Of a DNA stretch of 64,000 nt, positions 18,677-28,047 are shown piece by piece; the stretch's first letter is position 1, and every line of letters starts with the position of its first letter. This DNA is from Candidatus Versatilivorator sp. GTDB lineage: Bacteria; Acidobacteriota; Terriglobia; Versatilivoradales; Versatilivoraceae. The translations under genes and the position numbers were made by a program. The notes under the pieces were generated by a model. It did no database searches, had not been told where the DNA came from, and saw nothing but the letters and a program-made list of their open reading frames with translations. The DNA lies in assembly GCA_965207735.1 (NCBI GenBank), contig OZ242296.1, positions 2,720,001 to 2,784,000 of the forward strand, read 5' to 3'.

Positions 18677-21574
18677 TCAGAACTCGAACCGGACTCCCAG
18701 CTTCATCACGATGGGATCGAGGGCGGCAATGATGCGCTCGCGGTCGCCGGTCCTCAGCGAGAAGTTCGTCACCGCGTTGGCGTTGAAGAGGTTGTAGACG
18801 TCCAGCAACAGGGTGAGCCGGCGGTCCGCGCCGACGGAGAACCCCTTGTCCAGACGGAAGTCCATGATCGTCACGTTTTCGGAACGGTTCTCCGACAGAT
18901 CGCTGAGAAAGATCGGCTGGTTGGTGCCGGTGCCCGGGATGTCCACACGCTGGATCAGGGCATAGGGCCAGCCGCTCTGGTGCCGGAGATTGGCGGACAG
19001 GCCCAATTCGTGCGGCAGCGTGTAGCGGGCCAGCAGACGGCCGCCCCAGTTGGTGGTCGCCTGCCGGGCGCCCACCTCGAGGCTGTGGTTCTGCCAGATG
19101 CGCCCATGCCCGCCGGAACCGACTACCAGCGGGTCGGCGAAGAGCGGGCTCCGGTCTTCGCCGGCCGCCGCCCGGAACTCGTCCCGCCACTGGTAGTCGA
19201 AGCTGGCCTGCAGCAGAAAGCCACCCTTGAAGCGCCGGTTCACCGCTAGCTGGAACGTGTCGTAGGCGGCGTCCATTCCCGGGAAAGCGGCAACCCGGTT
19301 GTCCACCGTCCCCGCCATTTCGTCCGGGACGCGCTGGACGTTCAGTGGGTCGCCGGTGAGGAAGTTCGCCGGGCAATCCCAGTCGGGGTCGGCGCCACAG
19401 GAGATACCGCGCCCCGCCAGAAGCGCCGATTGCTGGGGCAGGTTCCAGATGCCGCTGTCGCCGCTCCGGTCCTTGCGCACGTAGGAAACTCGAACGGCTG
19501 TGTCCGCCACCAGTTCGTGCTCCAGCGAAACGTTGATTTCGTCGACGAATTCCGGCGGCAGGTCCGGATCGACGGGCGTCCCCCCGCTGCCGAGATCCAC
19601 ACCGGTGGCGCCCTGCTCGTCCAGCTTGGCGCCCAGCTCGTTCGGGCCATCGTAGATCCCGTTGCCGTTCGGGTCGAGGAACGCATACCGGATCCAGGCG
19701 GTGCTGGCCGGATTGGCGTCCTCGTGGGCGTCGGCCAGGTTGAGGTAGTAACGGCCATAGTGCCCCCTCAGCACCGTGCGCGACGCCAGCGAGAACGCCA
19801 CACCCAGCCGCGGCGCCCAGGTGTTCCAGACGGTGTTGGTCCGACCCCTGGCAGTCCCGCCGGGAAAGAAGTCGTCGAGGAAGGGCGTGGAGACCGCGTC
19901 CAGGAAGTAGGTGCGCTGCTGCTCATAGCGTACGCCCAGATTCAGCGACAACCAGTCCACCGGTTGCCAGGTGTCCTGGACGAACACGGCATGGTGCCGG
20001 TTCCGGTTGTCGGAGGCGATCTCCCCCGCGGCCGGCATGTTGAAGAGCATGATCCGATCCACGTGGAACGGCCGGTGGTTGGCGCTGTCGTCGAGGAAGC
20101 GGATGTGTCCGGAATTGGCGTTCGAGCCGAAGCGGCTGCTGTCGATCTGGAACTCGTAGCCCAGCTTGAAGTCGTGGCTGCCGCCGAAGTCGGGCACGTA
20201 GTGGTGGGCGGCCGCGGTGGCCTGCGGCTTCCAGCGAACGAAGGTGAACGGCGGCGGCCCGTTGAGGCCGGGAAACCAGCCGGCGCCGCTCAGGCGGCTG
20301 GTGGAGGTGTCGAGGCGCGGTGGCTGCTGTCCCGGATCCACCTGCGGCACCATGGGCCAACTGAACCCGAAATGCTTGGCGGCCACGATCATGAAGGTAC
20401 GGTCGTTCCACACCCGCTGCCACTCCGCCTTGTGGGCCCAGCTCCAACTGGCCTGGGCCAGCACCGAGTCGGGACCCACGTCGGTGGACAGCCCCCGTTT
20501 GGGCTTCTCCTTCAGACCCCAGTTGGTGTACCCGATCAAGCGGTCCCGGTCGGTCAGCCGAACCGTCACCTTGCCCCCAAGCTGATCGAAATCGCCCAGG
20601 TCGGTGGCCACGGCGCGATCGACGCCCGAGACCGCCTTGTCGATGCGGAAGTGGTTGTAGAAGCCGTAGAACCAGGCGCGGTCGCGCACGATGGGCCCGC
20701 CGATGTCGGCGTGGGTTTCGAAGAAGAGCAGGTTCGGGTTGCCGGTGTAGCCGCGCGCCTCCAGGTCGGCATCCGTGTTGTCGCCGACGAAATTCTCGTG
20801 CTCGTAATCGGCGTGCAGCATCCCCCTGAAGTCGTCGCCTCCGCTCTTCATGGTCATCATGACCAGTGACCCGGGCGCGGTCATCTCCACGTCGGCGCCG
20901 GCCGCCGTGGTGGTGAACTCTTCCACGGAATAGTAGTCGAAGTAGAATCCGGTGCCTTCATCGCTCTCGGTGGTGTCGACGCCGTCGGCCAGGATCCGGT
21001 TCTGGCCGCGGATGCCGAAGCTTTCGTAGCCGGTCTGCTGGCTCTTGTGGGAGCCTCCGACATCGAAGCCGCGCATCCGGACACCGGCCGTCTGCCCCAA
21101 TACCGCCCAGACATCGGTGGCGGAAGGCACCTCCTGCAACTCGGCCACGCCGAAGTCGTTCACCAGCGCCGTCCTTTTCATGTCCAGCACCGGCGCGTCG
21201 CCCGTCACCGTGATCGTCTCGGCCAGGGCTGCCACCTCCAGCGCCGCGTCGATCCGGATGGAGCGGCTCCCTTCCACGATCACCCCTTTTCGAATCAGAG
21301 TCCGGAACCCGGCGCGCTCGAAGGTCAGGTCGTATGACCCGCGCCCGAGGGCCCGGAAGCGGTAGGAGCCGTCGGCCAAGGTCACGGCCAGCAGAGGCGC
21401 AATCAGCACATCGCCTTCAAGCGTCACCGTCACGCCGGGCACCGCCAGGCCCTGATCGTCGGTCGCCGAGCCACCGATTTCCCCGGCCGTCTGCGCCCCC
21501 AACGACCCGCCGGCCAGTAACATCAGCAACAAGACCGCCCACTGTCCGCCCCGATTCATCCGCACTTTCTCCAT
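18677..21574 (-). CDS. TonB-dependent receptor, Oar-like, with N-terminal carboxypeptidase-regulatory-like domain
   Basis: Signal peptide, G..TDDQGLAVPGVTVT, ETITVTG, GGPIVRDRAWF, LNLGVRYE, APRLG, DVYNLFN, C-terminal RFEF. Confidence 0.92.
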   Translation of the reverse strand: MEKVRMNRGGQWAVLLLMLLAGGSLGAQTAGEIGGSATDDQGLAVPGVTVTLEGDVLIAPLLAVTLADGSYRFRALGRGSYDLTFERAGFRTLIRKGVIVEGSRSIRIDAALEVAALAETITVTGDAPVLDMKRTALVNDFGVAELQEVPSATDVWAVLGQTAGVRMRGFDVGGSHKSQQTGYESFGIRGQNRILADGVDTTESDEGTGFYFDYYSVEEFTTTAAGADVEMTAPGSLVMMTMKSGGDDFRGMLHADYEHENFVGDNTDADLEARGYTGNPNLLFFETHADIGGPIVRDRAWFYGFYNHFRIDKAVSGVDRAVATDLGDFDQLGGKVTVRLTDRDRLIGYTNWGLKEKPKRGLSTDVGPDSVLAQASWSWAHKAEWQRVWNDRTFMIVAAKHFGFSWPMVPQVDPGQQPPRLDTSTSRLSGAGWFPGLNGPPPFTFVRWKPQATAAAHHYVPDFGGSHDFKLGYEFQIDSSRFGSNANSGHIRFLDDSANHRPFHVDRIMLFNMPAAGEIASDNRNRHHAVFVQDTWQPVDWLSLNLGVRYEQQRTYFLDAVSTPFLDDFFPGGTARGRTNTVWNTWAPRLGVAFSLASRTVLRGHYGRYYLNLADAHEDANPASTAWIRYAFLDPNGNGIYDGPNELGAKLDEQGATGVDLGSGGTPVDPDLPPEFVDEINVSLEHELVADTAVRVSYVRKDRSGDSGIWNLPQQSALLAGRGISCGADPDWDCPANFLTGDPLNVQRVPDEMAGTVDNRVAAFPGMDAAYDTFQLAVNRRFKGGFLLQASFDYQWRDEFRAAAGEDRSPLFADPLVVGSGGHGRIWQNHSLEVGARQATTNWGGRLLARYTLPHELGLSANLRHQSGWPYALIQRVDIPGTGTNQPIFLSDLSENRSENVTIMDFRLDKGFSVGADRRLTLLLDVYNLFNANAVTNFSLRTGDRERIIAALDPIVMKLGVRFEF

Positions 21575-21887
21575 TGGGCAAGTGTCCCGTAGCCCTTATC
21601 ACCTAGCGGTAAGTCTACCGTCATGGTACCTGTCGACGGACACCTTACCAAGCCCTCTGTTCTCTTTGCAACCCGTCAGACGGCCGCGGAGAAGATGCTC
21701 AGCCCCAACCCGCAATTGCCACCGGGTCGCTGGGCGGTTCATGAAAGCCGGTTGATTTTCGGCTTCTTATTGACGTTGTTTCCGGGGCCGGATCTCGAAA
21801 TTTGTGGCTTGAACCGGTCTGACCAGTTCCCGCAGTGGGTCCATTAGGGTGTACAATAGGGGGAAGTTCGAGTGTCGGGAGGAACGC

Positions 21888-23447
21888 ATGAAAATCAAGC
21901 TCGCGGTGCTGGTGGCCTGCCTTGTAATCGCCCAGCCGGTGTTTGGGGAGGCGGACTGCGAGAAGTGGAATACCAAAGAGTATTTCCAGAGGGCGACGGT
22001 CGATGACGTGAACGGCTGTCTCGCCGCCGGGGCCAACCTGCGAGCGCGCGACGAGGCAAAATTCACGCCCCTGCATCAAGCCTCCGCCCACACCGAGCAT
22101 CCGGGGGTGATCGAGACCCTGCTCAAGGCCGGCGCCGACCTGATGGCCCGGGACCAGTGGCAGTACACGCCCCTGCACCGGGCGGCCGCAGACAACCGGA
22201 ATCCGAAGATCGTGGAAGCCCTGCTGCAAGCCGGCGCCGAAGTGGAAGCCCGGGACCGGTGGCAATACACGCCCCTGCATCGGGGAGCTGCCAACAACGA
22301 AAATCCGGAGGTGGTGAAAATCCTGCTCAAGGCCGGCGCCGATCTGGAGGCACGGAACCAGTGGAACTATACCCCCCTGCACCGGGCGGCCGCGCGTAAC
22401 GGCAATGCGATCGTGGTCAAGACCCTGATCGCCGCCGGGGCCGACCTGATGGCGCGGAGCAAGGATGAATACACCCCCCTGCATCGAGCGGCCACGTCCA
22501 ACTGGAACGCGGAGGTGGTCGAAGCCCTGATCCAGGCCAAGGTCGACCTGGAGGCCCGGGACAAGATCAACTTCACGCCCCTGCACCGGGCGGCCGCCAA
22601 CAACGAAAATCCGGAGGTCGTCCGGGCCCTCATTCGGGCCGGCGCCAGACTGGAAGCGCGCAGCAAGTGGAACTTCACGCCTCTGTTTGCCGCGGCCGCC
22701 CGCAACGGCAACGCGGAGGTCATCCAGGTTCTGCTCAAGGCAGGAGCCAATCCGAAGTCCCTAAGCGAAGACAAGAACACACCCCTGCATCGGGCAGCCG
22801 AGAACAACGACAATCCGAAAGTCGTGCAGGCTCTCATCCAGGCCGGCGCCAGCCCGGACGCACGCAACAAGTGGCAATTCACGCCCCTGCACCGTGCAGC
22901 CGCCAACAACCCCAATCCGGACGTCATCGAGGCCCTCGTCCAGGGTGGATCCGACCTGGAGGCCCGGGACAAGTGGAACTTCACGCCCCTGTTTGCCGCG
23001 GCCGCCCGTAATGGCAACCCGGAGGTCGTCCGGGCCCTCATCCAGGCCGGCGCCAGCCTGGACGTCCGGGACAAGTGGCAGTACACACCTCTGCACCGGG
23101 CGGCGGAGAACAACCTCAATCCGGATGTGGTCAAGGCCCTCATCCAGGGCGGAGCCAACCTGGAGGTTCGGGACAAGTGGGAGTACACGCCGTTGCATCG
23201 GGCGGCGGAGAAGAACGACAATCCGGAGGTTGCCAAGGCTCTGGTTCAGGCCGGCGCCAGCCTGGAGGCGCGGAACCAGTGGAACTACACCCCCTTGCAA
23301 CGAGCAGCCGCCGAGAACCCGAATCCAGCCGTGCTCGAAACCCTGATCCAGGAAGGCAGGCGGAGGCTCGGCGCCCCCGAGCGGGCGGGAAGAAACCTCG
23401 GCTCGACCGAGGCGGAAGAGTCGTCAGCGGATCAGCCGGCCCAGTAA
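21888..23447 (+). CDS. Secreted ankyrin-repeat protein (13 x 34-aa repeats)
   Basis: GGAGGA RBS, signal peptide MKIKLAVLVACLVIAQPVFG, repeats ARDxWxYTPLHRAAxxNxNPxVVxALIQAGAxLE. Confidence 0.93.
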   Translation: MKIKLAVLVACLVIAQPVFGEADCEKWNTKEYFQRATVDDVNGCLAAGANLRARDEAKFTPLHQASAHTEHPGVIETLLKAGADLMARDQWQYTPLHRAAADNRNPKIVEALLQAGAEVEARDRWQYTPLHRGAANNENPEVVKILLKAGADLEARNQWNYTPLHRAAARNGNAIVVKTLIAAGADLMARSKDEYTPLHRAATSNWNAEVVEALIQAKVDLEARDKINFTPLHRAAANNENPEVVRALIRAGARLEARSKWNFTPLFAAAARNGNAEVIQVLLKAGANPKSLSEDKNTPLHRAAENNDNPKVVQALIQAGASPDARNKWQFTPLHRAAANNPNPDVIEALVQGGSDLEARDKWNFTPLFAAAARNGNPEVVRALIQAGASLDVRDKWQYTPLHRAAENNLNPDVVKALIQGGANLEVRDKWEYTPLHRAAEKNDNPEVAKALVQAGASLEARNQWNYTPLQRAAAENPNPAVLETLIQEGRRRLGAPERAGRNLGSTEAEESSADQPAQ

Positions 23448-23479
23448 CCTCCCTACCGCACCGCATCCCCTACCTGAAC

Positions 23480-24024
23480 AAAAGAAAAAGAGTTATCCAC
23501 GAAGGGGCACGAAGGCGTTGAGGTTAACCGAGACGGGGTACCGAGTTCGCGAAGGGATGGTCGATTTCTGATTGTTTCACTCTTGTATGATCCGACCGGC
23601 AGGGCGGGGGCCGGGCTCGCGGACAAACGGGTGTTTTCCAGAAGGCGACCGTCGGCTTTCAGAGAATTCGCCCGCCGGATGCCCTCCATCGCACCATCGG
23701 GACGCCCGCGCTCCCGGGGGGGCATTCTCCCATGACGCCGTGACACCTACGTCACAATATTGCAGAAGCGCCCGGGCGCCGCTCGTCATTGACCGAGCTC
23801 CATCCCTATTCGTCCCCATTCGTGTTCATTGGTGGTTCGTCTTCATTGCCAAAACCAAAACGGCCGGCTGTTTATCCTGTCTATCCTGTGCATCCATGTT
23901 CAATTAGTAGAATACCGGTTTAGCAAGACATGGCCCTTATTCCCGATAGGACATGAAGATTCGTTAGTTTCACCCTCGTATGATCCGCCCGTCGTCGGGG
24001 GCAGGGGCCCGGTTTGCCTGAAAC
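23480..24024. repeat. Composite intergenic repeat, reverse-oriented relative of 14150-14738
   Basis: Reverse complement of ~23510-23610 matches ~14636-14738; reverse complement of ~23870-23975 matches ~14192-14290; 23967-24024 resembles 14554-14612. Confidence 0.7.
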
Positions 24025-24083
24025 TCGGGCAGCGTTTGCTTGCCTCAGGGTGACGCGGCTGTCTTGCGGGATTCGCCTGCAAC

Positions 24084-25331
24084 TCATCCAAGAGTCGTGC
24101 GCACTCGGCCACGGCCAAGCAGCCGGGACAACTCCGCCATAGCCGGGTGCCTGGTCGAGCCGGCAGAGGGCATATTCTCATACCGTTCCAGCAATTCCGA
24201 CTCCGAAAATTGCTGCGGCCAATCCAGGTTGACGGAGATGTTTCCATCATCCATGGCGATGGCTCTAAGCCCCAACAGGTCACCCAGATCCCGGCCCAGC
24301 GCGTTCGCGGGAAACTTGAGGCCCTCGTAGTGGACAAAGGCCTGAGTTGCCAATTCGGACACGCCGAGTGAACCGCCACCCAGCAAGATATCGAGAATTT
24401 GCAGTTGCCGTTCCGCAAGAACCCGTCGGCGGGGGCTACGCAGTCGTCCAAACAACGACCTGGCGAATTCCCGGAACAGCGTCCGCCGATGGTTGGCGAC
24501 GATGGCCGACGCGACCGCATTGCATCTCTCGGCGACCGCTGGCAGAGCAAACCGGAGGAAGAGCGTGAGGTCGTGTCCGTTCCTCCGGGATGCAGACAGC
24601 GCCGCCAGGTACTCCTCCTTGCGGTCATAGTAATAGTTGGACAAGCTGACCATCACCACATCATTGACTCCGGCCCGGCGCAGCATGAACGCCTCCAGCG
24701 CCCGGGCGGTACGCCCGTTGCCGTCGCCGAAGGGGTGCATGGCGCCGATATGGTAGTGGGCGGCCATGGCCTGGATAATGGGTTCGTGCCTTTGGAACTC
24801 CCCGGCAATGGCCGCCCCAAGATCGTCGAAGGCGGCGCGGCAACCACGACCGCCTTCAACCCCTCGGCAGCGCGGCGTCCCGAAGGTTACGTTCCACCCG
24901 TCAGGACGCAGGCCGCCGGGTTGGCACCGGTCATCATCGCAGCCGGTCACGATGCGCCGGTGAATGTTCAGGATGAACTCGGAGGTCACCGGCTGCTCAG
25001 GCGGTTGCGAGCGCAGCCAGCGGTAGGTGGCGTCAGCGGACCGCAACTGTCTCTGGGAACGGGTGAAATCGGAATGCGCGGGAGCATCGGGAGCCAGAGC
25101 CTCTTCCTGTTCGCGCTGGGTGAACTCGGCGCCTTCAATGCGCGAAGTGCCGGCTGCCTCCAAGCGCAACTGCTCCTCGTGGACCTGCTCGATCCATTGA
25201 GGCAGGTACGGCATCCGATTCAGAACGCCGGCGGCGGTTTTGGCCTGGACCAGCAGGTCCAATAGCGCTGCGGCATCGTAGCGAATCCACTGCCGCGGGA
25301 CGGCATAGCGGCTGACACTTTCAGGGGTCAT
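24084..25331 (-). CDS. Fic-domain protein (probable AMPylase) with C-terminal HTH-like region
   Basis: Canonical HPFGDGNGRTAR motif; N-terminal inhibitory-like TSRIEG. Confidence 0.92.
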   Translation of the reverse strand: MTPESVSRYAVPRQWIRYDAAALLDLLVQAKTAAGVLNRMPYLPQWIEQVHEEQLRLEAAGTSRIEGAEFTQREQEEALAPDAPAHSDFTRSQRQLRSADATYRWLRSQPPEQPVTSEFILNIHRRIVTGCDDDRCQPGGLRPDGWNVTFGTPRCRGVEGGRGCRAAFDDLGAAIAGEFQRHEPIIQAMAAHYHIGAMHPFGDGNGRTARALEAFMLRRAGVNDVVMVSLSNYYYDRKEEYLAALSASRRNGHDLTLFLRFALPAVAERCNAVASAIVANHRRTLFREFARSLFGRLRSPRRRVLAERQLQILDILLGGGSLGVSELATQAFVHYEGLKFPANALGRDLGDLLGLRAIAMDDGNISVNLDWPQQFSESELLERYENMPSAGSTRHPAMAELSRLLGRGRVRTTLG

Positions 25332-25629
25332 TTTCGGCTCATTGTTGGGTATTTTTCAGTTCATTTTACATTAATTTCTCTTTATGTCATTGTTTTGTAG
25401 ATGTTTAAGTGACTACATTATACCTTCAGTGTTATTTTATTTTCAGTTCATTTCGAGACCATTACACTTTCGTTCCACGGATCGATCCCGCGCGGCAGGC
25501 AAAACAGCGACGCAAACCCGCGTTGGAATTGGGAAGTGAGAAGCTTGAGGTCCGGCGTCACGCCGCGTGATGCCGAAGGGAGTTGAGAACCAGCCAACCG
25601 CGAGTCCCGCGCCCTTGAGAGTCGACCCC

Positions 25630-26571
25630 TCAATCGGGCCCGCAGTTCGTCAGCCAGTGGCGGTACTTGGGCAACTCCCCCCGGGTGGCTTGCAGGTAGG
25701 TATTGCGAACGGCCAGGGTCATCTCGCCGGCCTTCCCCTTGCCCAGAGAAAAGCGATCAATCGACAGGATGGGGGCCACCTCCAGGCCGCTGCCGCAGAC
25801 GAAGGCTTCGTCGGCCACGTAGAACTCGGTGCGGTCGACTTCCCGTTCGATCACCTCCACCCCGTGCACCTCTCGAAACAACTGCATCAGGGTGGCCCGG
25901 GTGATGCTCTCAAGGATGTCGCTGGTGACGGTCGGCGTCACCACCTGCCCCCCACGGCAGAGGAAGACGCATCCCCTGGGCTCCTCGGCCACCTTGCCGG
26001 CCGCGTTGAGCAGCAGGGCGCTGTCATATCCGTCCAGGCGGGCTTGCAGCAACGAGAGGCGGGCGTTCTGGTAGTTGGCCGCGCACTTGACTCTCGGAGG
26101 AATGGAGATGTCGGAAATCCGCTGCCAGGAGCTGATGCAGGCGTGGATTCCCAACTCCTTTCCCTCGAACCATCCCCCCTTGGGGGTCACGATGACGGCG
26201 TGGCTGACCGGACCGGTCCCGAAGGCCTCGCCCGGCCCGTCCACATAGACCATTTGCCGAATGTGGGAGGTGGCCCGGATCCGGTTGGACCGCAGCGCAC
26301 GCACCACGGCGGCGCTGTAGTCGGCGGCGGTCAAGGCCGTTTCCATCCGCATGACCCGGACCGATTGCTCCAGGCGCCTGGAGTGGTCATCCAGCCGGAA
26401 GACGTTCAGTTGCCGGGTCTGCTCGTTCCAATAGGCGCGCAGTCCTTCAAAGACCATGGCCCCATACTTGAAGGCCACGGTGTCCAGAGGAATCACCGCT
26501 GCGCTTTTCTCCACCAGTCGGTCGTTCAGCAGCACCTTGGGGTTGGAAGATTGGTCCATTGAAGGATGCAT
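25630..26571 (-). CDS. Class IV PLP-dependent aminotransferase (branched-chain amino acid aminotransferase-like)
   Basis: KYGAMVFEGLRAY, FRLDDHSRRL, KCAANY, ILESITR, ADEAFVCGS. Confidence 0.9.
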   Translation of the reverse strand: MHPSMDQSSNPKVLLNDRLVEKSAAVIPLDTVAFKYGAMVFEGLRAYWNEQTRQLNVFRLDDHSRRLEQSVRVMRMETALTAADYSAAVVRALRSNRIRATSHIRQMVYVDGPGEAFGTGPVSHAVIVTPKGGWFEGKELGIHACISSWQRISDISIPPRVKCAANYQNARLSLLQARLDGYDSALLLNAAGKVAEEPRGCVFLCRGGQVVTPTVTSDILESITRATLMQLFREVHGVEVIEREVDRTEFYVADEAFVCGSGLEVAPILSIDRFSLGKGKAGEMTLAVRNTYLQATRGELPKYRHWLTNCGPD

Positions 26572-26626
26572 TGGGAATTGCCGATCCTTGGGCGGCGGGC
26601 GGAGCCGCCCGTGCCCTCCGGCGCCT

Positions 26627-27964
26627 TCAGATCAGCTCTTTGATGGGGATCCCGGTGGCGTCGCCGATGGAGTTGGCGATCTTGATCGGCCGGCCGATGG
26701 GGGTCATGTAGGTCTTTTCCCAGTCGATGCCCAGGGCCTTGTAGAGGGTGGCGAACAGGTCCCCGATGGTGACCTGCCGATCGGCGACATAGCCCCCCTG
26801 CTCGTCGCTGGCGCCCACCACCTGGCCTCCGGCGATGCCGCCGCCGCCCAGCACCACCGACCAGCACTGGGGCCAATGATCGCGCCCGTTCCCGGGGTTC
26901 ACCTGGGGACCTCGCCCGAACTCTCCCATGGCGATCACCAAGGTGGATCGGAGCAGCCCGCGCTGGTCCAGGTCCTCCAGCAAGGCCGAAAAGGTCTGAT
27001 CGAAGGGTGGGACCAGGATGTCGCGGTGCCGCCGGTCGTTGTCGCCGTGGGTGTCCCACTCGTTGTACTTGTATCCGGCAGCCGTCACGAAACGGGTTCC
27101 CGCCTCCACCAGCCTCCGGGCCAGCAGGACGCTCTGGCCGAATCCGTGCAGCCCGTAGGTCTCCCTGGTTTTGGTGGACTCCTTGGAGAGATCGAAGGCG
27201 TCCTTGACCGCCGGGTTCAACACCATCTTGAGGGCCTGCTGGGTGAAGGTGTCCATTCGCCCCGATTCGGCCTTCTGCACCTTGTCCCGGTAGACCTTCT
27301 CCACCACTTTCCGAAAGGAGAGCCGATCCTGGAGGCGCTCCGGAGTGATCGATTTGGGCAGCCGCAGGTCGGGAACCTCGAAGTCGGGCTGACTGGGGTC
27401 GGGAAGCACCATGGGGTCGTACTGGTTGCCGACAAAGGCGGCCCCGAAATGGTCGATGAAAAAGGTGTCGTTGCCGGTGTCCGGCTGCAGGACGTAGGGC
27501 GGCAGATTGTTCCTCGGACCCAATTCCTTGGCCACGATCGCGCCCAGGCTGGGAAAGCGCATGGCCGGGTTGGGCAGGTGTCCGGTAGCCGCGTAGTGGG
27601 TAGCCTGGGGATGGTTGTTCTCCAGGGTGTGGAGGGAACGGATGATCGCCAGCTTGTCCATGTGCCTGGCGGTCTTGGGCAGCAGCTCGGAAACCCGAAT
27701 TCCGGCCACGTTGGTGGCAATGGGCCTGAATGAGCTGTTGGGCTTGGGGTCCCACATGTCGACCTGGCTGGGGCCTCCTTCCAGCCACAACAGGATGCAG
27801 GACTGAGCCTTGCTCCCGGCCGTCGCCGGCGTACCGCCCAAGGCCTCCTGAAGCCTCAGGAACTGGCTCAGGCTCACGCCCAGCAGGCTCAGAGATCCCA
27901 CTCGCAGAAAGTCACGCCGCCGCAGAATCGGATCGTCACTCGCCAAACACCCTATGTTTCGCAT
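26627..27964 (-). CDS. DUF1501 family protein with twin-arginine-like N-terminus
   Basis: RRDFLRVG, WLEGGPSQVDMWDPKP, LLARRLVEAG, WDTH, MGEFGRGP, GRDHW. GGAGGAGG RBS before ATG 27964. Confidence 0.92.
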   Translation of the reverse strand: MRNIGCLASDDPILRRRDFLRVGSLSLLGVSLSQFLRLQEALGGTPATAGSKAQSCILLWLEGGPSQVDMWDPKPNSSFRPIATNVAGIRVSELLPKTARHMDKLAIIRSLHTLENNHPQATHYAATGHLPNPAMRFPSLGAIVAKELGPRNNLPPYVLQPDTGNDTFFIDHFGAAFVGNQYDPMVLPDPSQPDFEVPDLRLPKSITPERLQDRLSFRKVVEKVYRDKVQKAESGRMDTFTQQALKMVLNPAVKDAFDLSKESTKTRETYGLHGFGQSVLLARRLVEAGTRFVTAAGYKYNEWDTHGDNDRRHRDILVPPFDQTFSALLEDLDQRGLLRSTLVIAMGEFGRGPQVNPGNGRDHWPQCWSVVLGGGGIAGGQVVGASDEQGGYVADRQVTIGDLFATLYKALGIDWEKTYMTPIGRPIKIANSIGDATGIPIKELI

Positions 27965-28047
27965 GGGTGCAACCTCCTCCGGTTTCCGGCCTCTCCACCC
28001 CGACTCCCGCGCCGGGGCAGCCGCTGAGACAAGTCTACCGGAAACCC

